DNA of 64,000 nucleotides, taken from assembly GCA_016235455.1 (NCBI GenBank), contig JACRKZ010000012.1, positions 32,001-96,000 of the forward strand, read 5' to 3'. The translations under genes and the position numbers were made by a program. This document shows, in pieces, positions 38,499-48,900 of the stretch (its first letter is position 1; the number at the start of each line of letters is the position of its first letter). This DNA is from Armatimonadota bacterium. GTDB taxonomy: Bacteria; Armatimonadota; UBA10988. The notes below the pieces were generated by a model, which was not told the origin of the DNA, made no database searches, and was given only the letters and a program-made list of their open reading frames with translations.

Positions 38499-38529
38499 CG
38501 CGACACGGAAGGTCGCCCCTGCGAGGTGG

Positions 38530-40629
38530 TTGCTCTCGCTCCTCGTGCTCGTGCTCTGTGCCACCACCCTCGCCGCCCAGCCCGCGCTCGGTGAGCGGCC
38601 GCGGCTGTGGGCCAGCGCCGAAGGCGGCCAGCGCGTGCGCCTGCTGTGGACCGCGCCCGCCGGCGTGTCGGGCTATCGCCTGCTGCGCGACGGCCAACCG
38701 CTGGCGCTGCTCGACGCGGGCGCCGTGGCCTATGTGGACGAGACCGCGCGGCCGGGCACGCGCTATCGCTACGAACTGCAGCCCCAGGGCGCCGGTACTC
38801 CCGTCGTCGCCACGCTGGTCATGGGTCCCGCCACCGAGGCCGCCGAGGCGCGCTCGGGCCAGTTCGATGCAGTGGTCTACGGCGCCACGCCGGGCGGGAT
38901 CGCCGCGGCCGTGGCGTTGGGCCGGCGCGGCCGGCGAGTGGCGCTGGTGGAACCCACGGAAGCGCTCGGCGGCATGATCACCGGCGGGCTCGGCCGCACC
39001 GATTTCGGCTCGATCCACGCACTCGGCGGGCCGTTCCGGGAGTTCATGGAGGCGGTCAGCGCCTGGTACAGCCAGCACTATCCCGCCGACCACCCCAATC
39101 AGGCCGCCAAGCGCGACGGACTGTACTTCGAGCCAAGCGTGGCGAGAGCGATCTTCACCGGCTGGCTCTCGGCCCAACCCACGGTGACCGTGCTGCGCGA
39201 GTGCCACCTGGTGGGCATGGTCAGCGACGGCGGCCGGGCGCGCGCCGCGGTCATCGTCGACCGCCGCCGCGCCGTGCGCCGTGTGCTCACCGCGCCGGTG
39301 TTCATCGACGCCAGCTACGAGGGCGATCTGGCCGCGGCGGCCGGCGCGCGGTACCGCATCGGCCGTGAGCCCAAGACCGAGTTTGGCGAGCCCCATGCCG
39401 GCCGGCTGTGGTGGGATGTGTGGCAGCGCAAGGTGATGGAGGTGCCCGGCGAAGGCGACCGCGTCGTGCAGGCCTACAACTACCGCCTGTGCCTCACGCG
39501 CGACCCGGCCAACCGCCTCGACCCGCCGCGCCCGCTGCGTTTCGACCGCGAGCGCTACGTCGGGCTGCTGGCCGACATCGACAAGGGCCGGCTCAAGGCG
39601 CTGACCGACATCCTCTCCATTCTGCCACTGCCCGGCGACAAGTTCGACGCCAACAACCACCCGCAGGGCAACCCCTCCAGCGACCTGGTGCGCGGTGCCG
39701 ACACCTGGCCCGAGGCCGACTGGGACACGCGCGTGACGCTGGTCGGCGCCCATCGCGACCACATCGTGGGCCTGCTGTGGTTCCTCCGCGGTGACCCCGC
39801 CGTGCCCGAGAAGCTGCGCGCCGACACGCTGACCTGGGGCCTGGCCGCCGACGAGTTCCCCGAGCAGGAGGGCTGGCCCAGCTGCCTGTACGTCCGCGAA
39901 GGCCGCCGCATCGTGGGCGAGACGATCTTCACCCAGCACGACGCCATGTCAGCCCCAGGCCAGGACCGCCCCACGGCCAAGGCCGACGCCATCGCGGTGG
40001 GCGCCTACCCCATGGACAGCCACGCCACGGGCGGCCGCCACCCGGAGCATCCCGACTGGCTGGAGGGCTTCTTCTATCTGGCGCGCGGCGAGACACGGCC
40101 CTATGGCATCCCGTACGGCGTCATGCTGCCGCGCGGCGTGAGCGGCGTGGTGGTCTGCAGTGCGGTCAGTTCGACCCACGTCGGCTATGGCAGCCTGCGC
40201 ATGGAGCCGGTGTTCATGTCGCTCGGCCTGGCCGCGGGCCTGGCCGCCGACCATGCGCTGACCGAACATCGATCCCCGGCCGACCTTGACCGCGAGCGCC
40301 TGCAACTCGACCTGCTGGGCCAGCGGCAGGTGCTGTGCGTGTTCGAGGACGTCAGCTTCGACACGCCGGGCTGGGTGGGATTCCAGATCCTGGGTTGTCG
40401 CGGCGCCTTTCCAGGCTACCTGGCCGAGCCAGACAAGCCGCTCACCGGCCGCGTCTGGCGCGAGTGGGTCAAGCTGGCGCTGGGCAAGACCGCCGATGTA
40501 CCGGACGACGACCAGCCGCTGACGATCGAGGCGCTGAACGCCTCGCTGCGGGCGCTGGGCGGCGGGGAGAGCGCGGGTGTGTCGCGCGCGGCGGCGATGG
40601 CGGCGTTGGTGCCGGTGCTGAGGCGATAG
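38530..40629 (+). CDS. Secreted FAD-dependent oxidoreductase (FAD_oxidored family) with N-terminal FN3-like domain; start uncertain
   Basis: VVYGATPGGIAAA, LGGMITGGLG, FIDASYEGDL, QAYNYR, YVREGRR, RMEP. The ORF-track start overlaps the tRNA and is rejected. Confidence 0.85.
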   Translation: MLSLLVLVLCATTLAAQPALGERPRLWASAEGGQRVRLLWTAPAGVSGYRLLRDGQPLALLDAGAVAYVDETARPGTRYRYELQPQGAGTPVVATLVMGPATEAAEARSGQFDAVVYGATPGGIAAAVALGRRGRRVALVEPTEALGGMITGGLGRTDFGSIHALGGPFREFMEAVSAWYSQHYPADHPNQAAKRDGLYFEPSVARAIFTGWLSAQPTVTVLRECHLVGMVSDGGRARAAVIVDRRRAVRRVLTAPVFIDASYEGDLAAAAGARYRIGREPKTEFGEPHAGRLWWDVWQRKVMEVPGEGDRVVQAYNYRLCLTRDPANRLDPPRPLRFDRERYVGLLADIDKGRLKALTDILSILPLPGDKFDANNHPQGNPSSDLVRGADTWPEADWDTRVTLVGAHRDHIVGLLWFLRGDPAVPEKLRADTLTWGLAADEFPEQEGWPSCLYVREGRRIVGETIFTQHDAMSAPGQDRPTAKADAIAVGAYPMDSHATGGRHPEHPDWLEGFFYLARGETRPYGIPYGVMLPRGVSGVVVCSAVSSTHVGYGSLRMEPVFMSLGLAAGLAADHALTEHRSPADLDRERLQLDLLGQRQVLCVFEDVSFDTPGWVGFQILGCRGAFPGYLAEPDKPLTGRVWREWVKLALGKTADVPDDDQPLTIEALNASLRALGGGESAGVSRAAAMAALVPVLRR

Positions 40630-40630
40630 G

Positions 40631-40774
40631 GTCGGGCCTACGACCCGATGTCGTGCTGGGGCCAGCCAGCACCAATGCCGGACCGCCACGATCCAGCGTG
40701 GCATCGGCCAGAGGCGCAGCCGGCGGCCGACCCGATGGCGACGCCGTTGGGAACGTCGGGTCTGCGACCCGATG
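40631..40774 (+). repeat. Two related 20-bp hairpin units in an intergenic gap
   Basis: GTCGGGCCTACGACCCGATG (40631-40650) and GTCGGGTCTGCGACCCGATG (40755-40774). Confidence 0.65.
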
Positions 40775-40894
40775 CCACGCAGGAGCGTGGCGGTCCGGAG
40801 AGGGCGGTGCCTGCCGCAGGCGGTCACGCCAATCCCTCGCCCCACTGAAGGACTCCCCGCGTCCAAGGCGTAGGCCAGCGCGGGAGCCCTGCCG

Positions 40895-43141
40895 ATGCCC
40901 GCTGTCGCCCTACTCCTCTGCCTCGTCGCCGCGCCAACGCCACCACCCCATGTGGTGCTACTGCACTCGGCCTACGGCGACTACCGCCACCGTGGCGATT
41001 ACGACGCCCTGCTGACCGGCCTCGGCTGGCCCACCGAGAAGGTGGAGAACACGCGCTTTGCCGATCTGGCGCCGCGGCTGGGCGAGTTCGACGTCGTGCT
41101 GGGCACCGCACTGTACAACCTCGGCAACCCCCAGGACCTGCTGGCCCGACGCGCCGAGGTGGTCGGCTGGATTGAGCGCGGCGGCGCGCTGCTGCTCACC
41201 GACACCAACTACAACGAACACCTGGCCTGTCTGGCCGGCCTGGGCGACGGCTACGCCGCCGAGGCGGTCCGCTGCGAGGTCGGCGGCCTGCCGGTGACAC
41301 TGCCCGAGCCCGACCACTCGCTGCTCAACTGGCCCAACCGGGTCAAGGCCAGCGCCACCTGGTCGCACATGAAGCTCGGCCCCAAGTGGCGCGTGCTGGC
41401 CCGCTGCGCCGACGGCTCGCCGATCTTCGCCATCGCGCCGCTGGGCCGCGGGTTCATCCAACTCTCCAGCACCTGGCCGCTGAGCGCCTACCGCCTGACC
41501 AACGCCTGGGAGTACCTGCGGCTGCGCCGCGCCGGGGTCGACCGCTTCGCCGCGGACGGGCTCGACGGGTTTGGGCCAGGCAACAACCGCGCCAAGTTGC
41601 GACTGGACCTGGCCGGCACGTCGCCCGTGCCGGTCAGGTGGCATATCCAGCAGCCCGACGGCCAGCTGGTCACCGCCCAGGCGGTCGCCCGCGAGCCACA
41701 CTCGGCCCTGGCGCTGACCGCCAAGCTGAGCCAGCGCGGCACGCATCGCACCTGGATCGAGGTCGGCACCGATCCGCTCTACACGTCCGCCGCGCGCGAG
41801 GTGCGTGTGCCGGACGCCGTCGAACCGCTCATCGTCGCCCCGACCTACCGCGGCTACCTGCCACTGGGGCTGCCCAAGCAGAGCGTCCGGCTCAGTCTCA
41901 CCGCCTACCCGTTCGGCGAGGCGCTGGAGGGCGCGCGAAGCACCATTGCGCTGCGCCAGGCCGGTCGCACCGTGGCCGAGACCAGCGCCACGCCGCCGAT
42001 GCGCCAGGGCCAGCAGACCATCGTGACACTGCCGTATGGCAAGGCCGTCGACGGCCCCTGTGAACTGCTGGTGACCACCACGCGCGGCGGACACGAGCTG
42101 GCGCGGCGCTCGTTACCGTTGCGCGTGTTGGCCGACTCCAAGCCGCAGGTGCTGCTCGACGAGCATCAGGCCTTGCGCGTCGACGGCCAGCCGTTTTTCC
42201 CCATCGGCATGTACCACGTGCCCGACGAGGCGCTGGCCGAGGCACGCGCCATGGGCCTCAACTGCCATCAGGCCTGGGGCGGCCCGCTGGATGTCTCGCG
42301 CCGCTCGCTCGACGCCGGCCAGAAGGCGGGCATGAAGGTCATCCTGGAGATGTCTGGCTTCCTGCGCGGCAATTACCAGCCCGAGGCGCTACGGGCCGTG
42401 GTGCGCGAACTCAAGACGCATCCGGCGCTGCTGGCCTGGTACACGGTGGACGAACCGGCCGGTGAGCAGCACGCCTGGTGCCTCGACGCTTACCGCATCT
42501 GCCGCGAGGAAGACCCCAACCACCCGGTGTTCCTGGTCAGTTGCGACCCCAGCCAGTTCGCCAACTACACGGCGACGACGGACATCCTGGCCATTGACCC
42601 CTATCCCATCGATGGCGCGCCGGTGCGCATGGTGGCCGACTGGTGCCGTACCGCCGTGGCCGCCGTGGCCGATCGGCAGCCCTACTGGCTCATCCCCCAG
42701 TTGCAGAACCTGACCGCCTACACCGACCCCACCAAGGGCCGCGGACCCACACCAGCCGAAGAGTGGTGCATGGTGGCGCAAGGCCTGGTGCACGGCGCAC
42801 GCGGAGTCGTCTACTACCCCTGGAACGACGGTGCCAACGGTCTGACCCATGAGCCGGCCTTGCAGAAGGAACTGCCGCTCATCAACCGCCTGCTGGCCCA
42901 GATCGGCCCCGACCTGGCCGTCGCCGAGCGCACGCTGCTGACCGATGCCGCCCAGCCCGATCTGCACGCGGCGACCTTCGCCGCGTCGCCGAGACTGCTG
43001 GTGGCGACAAACACGGGCCAGAAGCCGGTGACGCTGACGCTGCCGGCGGGCCGCTGGTCGAGCCTGCGCGAGGCGCGGACGCTGCCTGGCACGGTGACGT
43101 TGGGCGCGCTGGAGGTGGTGGTGGCCCGGGCCGAGAAGTAG
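40895..43141 (+). CDS. Secreted protein: class I GATase-like N-domain plus GH clan-A-like barrel
   Basis: WIERGGALL; VDGQPFFPIGMY; HPALLAWYTVDEP; DILAIDPYP; HGARGVVYY. Confidence 0.65.
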   Translation: MPAVALLLCLVAAPTPPPHVVLLHSAYGDYRHRGDYDALLTGLGWPTEKVENTRFADLAPRLGEFDVVLGTALYNLGNPQDLLARRAEVVGWIERGGALLLTDTNYNEHLACLAGLGDGYAAEAVRCEVGGLPVTLPEPDHSLLNWPNRVKASATWSHMKLGPKWRVLARCADGSPIFAIAPLGRGFIQLSSTWPLSAYRLTNAWEYLRLRRAGVDRFAADGLDGFGPGNNRAKLRLDLAGTSPVPVRWHIQQPDGQLVTAQAVAREPHSALALTAKLSQRGTHRTWIEVGTDPLYTSAAREVRVPDAVEPLIVAPTYRGYLPLGLPKQSVRLSLTAYPFGEALEGARSTIALRQAGRTVAETSATPPMRQGQQTIVTLPYGKAVDGPCELLVTTTRGGHELARRSLPLRVLADSKPQVLLDEHQALRVDGQPFFPIGMYHVPDEALAEARAMGLNCHQAWGGPLDVSRRSLDAGQKAGMKVILEMSGFLRGNYQPEALRAVVRELKTHPALLAWYTVDEPAGEQHAWCLDAYRICREEDPNHPVFLVSCDPSQFANYTATTDILAIDPYPIDGAPVRMVADWCRTAVAAVADRQPYWLIPQLQNLTAYTDPTKGRGPTPAEEWCMVAQGLVHGARGVVYYPWNDGANGLTHEPALQKELPLINRLLAQIGPDLAVAERTLLTDAAQPDLHAATFAASPRLLVATNTGQKPVTLTLPAGRWSSLREARTLPGTVTLGALEVVVARAEK

Positions 43142-43164
43142 TGGTCTGGACAGGAACCCAGCCC

Positions 43165-43725
43165 ATGCCGCGCCTCTACCACGTCCCGCTCGGCCTGCTT
43201 CTCGCCTGCCTCCTGGCCGGGTGCTATGGCGCGCTGCACGACCAGCTCTCGTGGACGCTGAGCCCCGAGTACTTCCTCGACAACAAGTTCATCCAGTTCG
43301 CCATCCCCGCGCACCTGCACAACCGGCTCGGCGCGGCCTGGGTCGGATGGCTGGCCACGTGGTGGATGGGGCTCTTCGTCGGCGTGTTCCTGGTGCCCGC
43401 GGCGCTGGTCTTGCCGGGTCGGCAGCATTCCTTCCGGCGGGCGACTGGCGCGTTGCTGACCGCGTTGGGTACGGCGCTGCTGGTCGGCGGGGTGGCGCTG
43501 GCCGCGTCGTTCGTGGTCATCGGGCCGGAGATCGCCGGGGCCAGGAGCTTTCCCGCGGGCGTCGTGGACAAGGTGGCCTATGCGCGTGTGGGCATGATGC
43601 ACAACGCGAGCTACATGGGTGGATTCCTGGGCATCTTCGCGGGGCTGGTCTACCTGCTGCTCGGCGCGCTCACTCACAGTCGCGCCGCATCCCAGCGGTA
43701 CTGCGCCACGTCGGGGTCCTTGTAG
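43165..43725 (+). CDS. Small multi-TM membrane protein
   Basis: YGALHDQLSWTLSPEYF..KF, ATWWMG, GMMHNASY; four hydrophobic segments. Confidence 0.7.
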   Translation: MPRLYHVPLGLLLACLLAGCYGALHDQLSWTLSPEYFLDNKFIQFAIPAHLHNRLGAAWVGWLATWWMGLFVGVFLVPAALVLPGRQHSFRRATGALLTALGTALLVGGVALAASFVVIGPEIAGARSFPAGVVDKVAYARVGMMHNASYMGGFLGIFAGLVYLLLGALTHSRAASQRYCATSGSL

Positions 43726-45872
43726 TCGTTACGGCTGCCCTGCATGGTCTTGCCATCCTCGGACAGCGTGAACTTGGCCCCGCCCCACAGGGCGCCATCG
43801 CGCTCCTTCCACTTGAGCCGCAACACACGACCGTCGACGGTACCCTCCAGCGTGCCGGCCGTGCCGCCGTAGCTGCCAGTGACGCGGTTGCCCTCCTGGA
43901 CCAGGACGATCTCGCCCCAGTCACCCCAAGTGGTCTTCCAGGTGCCGGCGAAGGTCGGCGCGGTCGTTGGCGGGTTGGTCACCCGAGCCGCGCCGGCCGC
44001 CGCGGTCGACGGTCGACCATCATCGGCCACACGCTCGTAGGTCCAGGTGACCAGCCCCCAGGTTTTGGTGCCCGGGTCATGGCCGACGCTGACCTGGATC
44101 CACGGCGCATAGCCGGGCCGGAAGGTGAGCTTGAGGACGCCGAGGTGCGGTGAGCCCCCGGATGCGGGCAGCCGGAAGTTGCCCTGGCTGCCGGCGCCAT
44201 TCAGGCTGCCTGCGGGCACCGGGTCGGACCGGTTGCTGACGTCACCAAGGTTGTACCAGCCGCCAACCGATGCGCCGGGCACCGCCGAGGCCGACATGCG
44301 CAGCGACACCAAGTCGCCGTCGCGCAGCACCGTCGGCGGCTCGTCCCAGGTCAGCGTGTTGGTGGCCGGCTTGCCATCGGCGCCGGTGCCGGTGTAGACC
44401 AGCGACGTGGGCGTGGCGGTGGTCGACGGGTCGCCGAAGCCGGTCATGACCGGTTTGCCACGCAGCCACATGAACTTTGCCCCTGCCGCCCCGCTGGTTG
44501 GCGTGGCATCGCGGTTGACGTCCACCGTCGCTTCGGCGAAGCAGGCCTTGCCGCGCGGGTCGCCGGCCAGGCAAACCTCCAGTTTGAGCGTCACCGCGCC
44601 GGGCTCGCCGGGCGCCTTGAGCCCGAAGGCCTCGAGCGGGACGGTGTGGATGCCGTCGCTGAGACCTGGCTCGGCATCGTTCTCGGGCAAGCGCTTGTCG
44701 GCGGCGCCAAAGCCGGGCGTGGTGGTCAAGTGGAGCCTCGCGCGCGCCTTGAACGGTCGGGCGGCATCGTAGCCGATGCGGCTCACGTTGCGAATGAGAA
44801 CGCTGACCTCGCCGCTGTACACCTCACCCGGCAAGACGCGAGGCTTGGCTCGGATCACGGCGCGCGCTGCCTCCGGCAGGTCTCTGCCCTTGAGCGCAGC
44901 CACGGTCCAGGCCGCGGCTGCCTGCGTGCCACCGTCGTTCCTGAGGCGATCTTCCAGCCGGCGCCACTGAGCGGCGGTATCGAGGATGGCCAACTCGCGG
45001 GCCTTGTCGAAGAGGGTCCGGCCGTCGGGCGCGATGACCCGGCCTTGCAGCGTGCCGCCGTAGTCCTTGGCGATCTCGTAGTGCAGGACATCGAAGGCGT
45101 CGGTGGCGTAGTGCAGCGCCTTCTCATATTCGGGGAAGTTCATGCGGTCGCCGAACAGGTCGTCCGAGTGGAACCGGAAGCCCTCGCCAACGGCCTGGAT
45201 CATCAGCTTGCGGAAGGCCCGGATCTCCGCGATTTCGCCGACCAGCATGAAGCGCTGGAGCGTGTCCAGCTTGCCGTCGTTGACCAACTCGCGGGGCACC
45301 TGCTTCATGGTTGTGCCCTCGTTGTTGACCAGGCTGCTCCAGTAGAACTGGCCGCTCTTGACGCCGGCCGGCCGGTTGTTCCAGTCTACCGGCGCGTAGG
45401 GCAGCCCCTTGACCAGAGCGGTCTCCACGTAGTTCGAGTGGCAATAGAAGTCCTGAAGCGTATGCAGCCCTTCGCCGAGCGCATACAGCGCCCGACTGGC
45501 AGCGCTCCTGCTGTCCGCCAGGTCGGGCGACATGGGCGCGTCGCCGCCCAACAGCAGGCCGGTGTCGAGGCGGTCCTGAATGTAGGTCCAGGCCTCGGGG
45601 ATCTTGTTGTCATCGCAGTGATGGTGCGGCGAGGCCGTGAACTTGCGGCTGAGCACCGAGTCCTGGCTATCGGCGCCGACGCGCACCGCGTCGACGGCGT
45701 CGGGCATGAAGCCCAAGGGCATCAGGGCGTCCTGCAGCATTGCCAGATGAGCGGCGCCGCCCCACCACTCAAAGCTGTTGAAGCCCCAAGCGCGGTGCCC
45801 GAAGCAGAGGACCACGCACAGCCCGAACAGAACGACCCGACCGCTGGTCCGCGGCACCAGTGTGCGTTCCAT
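43674..45872 (-). CDS. Secreted Het-C/VWA7-like (Zn-phospholipase C/P1 nuclease fold) multidomain protein
   Basis: Signal peptide; HHCD; LGEGLHTLQDFYCHSNYVE; IAKD; C-terminal FAGTWKTTWG...VTGSY beta-barrel. Confidence 0.7.
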   Translation of the reverse strand: MERTLVPRTSGRVVLFGLCVVLCFGHRAWGFNSFEWWGGAAHLAMLQDALMPLGFMPDAVDAVRVGADSQDSVLSRKFTASPHHHCDDNKIPEAWTYIQDRLDTGLLLGGDAPMSPDLADSRSAASRALYALGEGLHTLQDFYCHSNYVETALVKGLPYAPVDWNNRPAGVKSGQFYWSSLVNNEGTTMKQVPRELVNDGKLDTLQRFMLVGEIAEIRAFRKLMIQAVGEGFRFHSDDLFGDRMNFPEYEKALHYATDAFDVLHYEIAKDYGGTLQGRVIAPDGRTLFDKARELAILDTAAQWRRLEDRLRNDGGTQAAAAWTVAALKGRDLPEAARAVIRAKPRVLPGEVYSGEVSVLIRNVSRIGYDAARPFKARARLHLTTTPGFGAADKRLPENDAEPGLSDGIHTVPLEAFGLKAPGEPGAVTLKLEVCLAGDPRGKACFAEATVDVNRDATPTSGAAGAKFMWLRGKPVMTGFGDPSTTATPTSLVYTGTGADGKPATNTLTWDEPPTVLRDGDLVSLRMSASAVPGASVGGWYNLGDVSNRSDPVPAGSLNGAGSQGNFRLPASGGSPHLGVLKLTFRPGYAPWIQVSVGHDPGTKTWGLVTWTYERVADDGRPSTAAAGAARVTNPPTTAPTFAGTWKTTWGDWGEIVLVQEGNRVTGSYGGTAGTLEGTVDGRVLRLKWKERDGALWGGAKFTLSEDGKTMQGSRNDYKDPDVAQYRWDAARL

Positions 45873-45999
45873 GGCGCAAGCCTCCCAGATGGGGATTGGT
45901 AGGCCGACGGCGCTGGACGAGCCGCCCAAGGCTAGACACTATGCTAGCGTGCGCCGGGGAGATCCGCACCGCCCAGATCCGGAGCGCGCGCGCGACCCG

Positions 46000-48900
46000 T
46001 CAGGCCGCCGTCACGCGGTGCGAGTAGGCGCGTGACACGCCCGGCTCGGCCATGGTGATGCCATACAGCGTGTTGGCCGCGCGCGTCGTCTCGGGATTGT
46101 GGGTGATGACGATGAACTGGCTGCTCTGAGCGAACTCGTCCAGCAACTCGCGGTACTTGCGCAGGTTGGCCTCGTCCAGCGGCGCGTCGAGCTCGTCCAG
46201 CAGGCAGAACGGCGTCGGCTTGACCCGGAACATGCTCATCAGCAGCGTGATGGTGGTCATGGCGCGCTCGCCGCCGGACAGCAGAGTCAAGTTCTGGGTG
46301 CGCTTGCCCGGCATCTGCACCATCACCTCAATGCCGCTCTCGAGGAAGTTGTCGGGGTCACACCAGGCCAGCGCGCCCGTGCCTTCGGTGCCGAAGACGC
46401 GCTTGAACAGCGTGTCGAACTCACGATTGACCGCTTCGAAGGCCTGCGCCAGGCGCTCGCGGCTGACCACATCGATCTCGGCCATGACCAGCAGCAGGTC
46501 GTCGCGCGCACGCTGCAAGTCGGCCTTCTCGCGCTCGTAGAAGACGATGCGCTCGGTGACGCGGTCGTACTCCTCGATGGCGCCGACGTTCACGTCGCCC
46601 AGTTCACCGATGGCCTCGCGCAAGGCCTGCAGCTCGCCCGCGGCCTCGGCGCGATTGGCGATGGGTTCGGCCCGCTCGGCGGCCTGGGCCATGGTCAGGC
46701 CGGGATGGTCCTCGGCCAGCGCCTGCTCCAGATGGGCCAGTTCGGCCACGGCCTGGGCCTCGCGCAACTCCGCGCGGTGGCGGGCCTCCAGCGCCGCCTG
46801 CTGGGCGCCGCGGGCCGCACGCAACTCGGTGGTACCGGTCTCCAGGCGGCCGGCCAGCTCCTGGTGTTGGCCGCGCAAGCCGTCCACCACCGCCGACGCG
46901 GCACGCACGGTGGCCAGCAGATCGTCATGGCGGGTCTGGGCCGCCTCGAGCTCGCCGCGCAGCCGGGCAATGCTCGCCTGCCAGGAATCGCGTTCGGCCA
47001 CGGCGCGTTCGGCCTCGCGCACAGCGCGTTCGCGGGCGACCGCGCGGCGTTGGGCCGATTCCCCGAGCGCCTGCAAGCGGCTTTCGACGCGCGCGGTCGA
47101 TACGCGCTCGGCGGCCAGCGCCTGGTCGGCCAACTCGCGCGTAACGCGCGCGGCCTGGTACTGTGCGTCGTGCTCGGCCAGCCCTGCCACGAGCGCCTCG
47201 CGGCCCGTCGACGCGGTGGCGTGGGCCTGCTCGGCTTGGGCCATGCGCTCCTGCGCCCGTTCGGCGTCGGCGCGGAGCTGCGTTTCGCTCTCGCCGAGGC
47301 GGCCAGCCTCGCTCTCGGCGCGGGCCAACGCCGCGCGGGCCTGCAGCCGGGCGCGCTCGGCTTCAGACAGCGCCTTCTGCGCGGCATAGACGGCGTGGCC
47401 AGCCTCGCGCTGCGCGGTCTGGGCAGCCTCGTGCTCGGCGGCGGACGTGGCTTGCTCGGCGGTCAACCCGGTCTGCTCGGCCTCACGGCGCTGGACTTCG
47501 TCCTCCAGCCGCTCCAGCTCGCGCTTGCGGCTGAGCAGCGTCGGTCCGCGCTCCTCGCGGCTGCCGCCGGTGATGGCGCCGCTGGGGCGGATGAGGTCGC
47601 CGTCGCGCGTGGCGATGACCAGGCGGTCGAAGCCAGCGCGGCGCACGCCGAGCCCCGCCTCCAGATCCTCGACCACAACGATGTTCCACAGCAGGTGGCG
47701 GCGTACCGTCTCGAAATAGGCATCGCAGGTGACCAGGTCCAGCGCATGGCCAACCACGCCGGGCAGGCGCCGCAGCCGGCTCAGGTCGCCGGGCTCGCCG
47801 GGCCGCTCCAGCAGGTCCATGGGCAGGAACGTGGCGCGGCCGCCTCGCTCGGCCTTGAGCAGGTCGATGGCGGCGCGGGCATCCTCGCCGCCCGCGCAGA
47901 TGAGGTCCTGCAGCCGCGGTCCCAACGCCGCTTCCAGCGCGGCATCGCAGCCGTCGGCCACGTCCAGCACGTCGGCCACGGGGTCGAAATCAGTCTTCAG
48001 CCGGCCGCGGTCGCGCGCCTGGAGCACGGCCTTCACGCCGGCAAACAGGCCCTGATAGCTCTGGGCCGCGGCCACCAGCGCCGACAACCGGCCGCGCGCT
48101 TCGCCCAGCACCTCCTGCTGCGCGGCGGCGCGCTTACGCAGTTCGGCCAGGCGGGCCTCGCTGGCCGTGACCTGCGCGGCGCACTGCGCGCGCGACTCGT
48201 TGGCGGCGGCCTGGGCCTGTTCCGCCGCGGCCACGGCGGCCTCGGCGGCTTCCACCTTGATCTGCTCGGTGGCTTGCCGTTCGGCGGCCGATTGGCCGCG
48301 ACTGGCCAGATCCTCCAGCCGGCGCGTGGCGCTGGCCAGGGCTTCGGCGGCACTGTCGCGCTGGGCGCGCGCGGTGGCCAGTTGCCGGTCGAGCTGAGCC
48401 AGCTCGGCACGCAGCGCCGACGCCTGGCCCTGCACCGCGTCCTCGGCCTGCTTGGCGGCGATGGACGCTTCGCGTCGCTGCTCCAACGCCGTCTTCAGGG
48501 CAGCCAGCTCGCCCAGCAAGCGCTCGGCCTCGGCGGCGTCGGCGCTGTCGCGTTCGGCCTCATCGGCCAGCAGGTCGGCGCGGCGGCGCTCGGCCTCGTC
48601 GGCCTCGGCCAGGCGCTGGCTCAGGTTGTGCTCCTGCTCGGCGCGCAGGCGAGTGTCGGCCTCGTGCCGTTCAGCGGCGAGTTGCGCCTCGTGCAGTGCT
48701 CCCCGCGCGGTGCCAAGCTGCTCGTCGAGCGCCAGCAGCTCAAGCCGCCAGCCCTGCTCGCCGGCTTCGAGTTCGGCCAGCCCGGCCTGTGCCGCGGTGA
48801 CCGCGTCGTCCAGCCCGGCCATCTCCTCGCGCAGCCGCTCCAGGCGCTTGCCGCTCAGCGCGTGGTCCTTGACCTGCAGGCTGAGCTTGAGGCCTTCGAA

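Noticed and set aside
38374-38529. N-terminal extension of the FAD oxidoreductase in the ORF track
   Set aside because: It is the antisense reading of the tRNA and its promoter; the signal-peptide-like sequence starts near 38530.
30777-40774. Palindromic repeats as a CRISPR array or integron attC sites
   Set aside because: No regularly spaced repeat-spacer series, no cas or integrase genes, and the repeats belong to different families.
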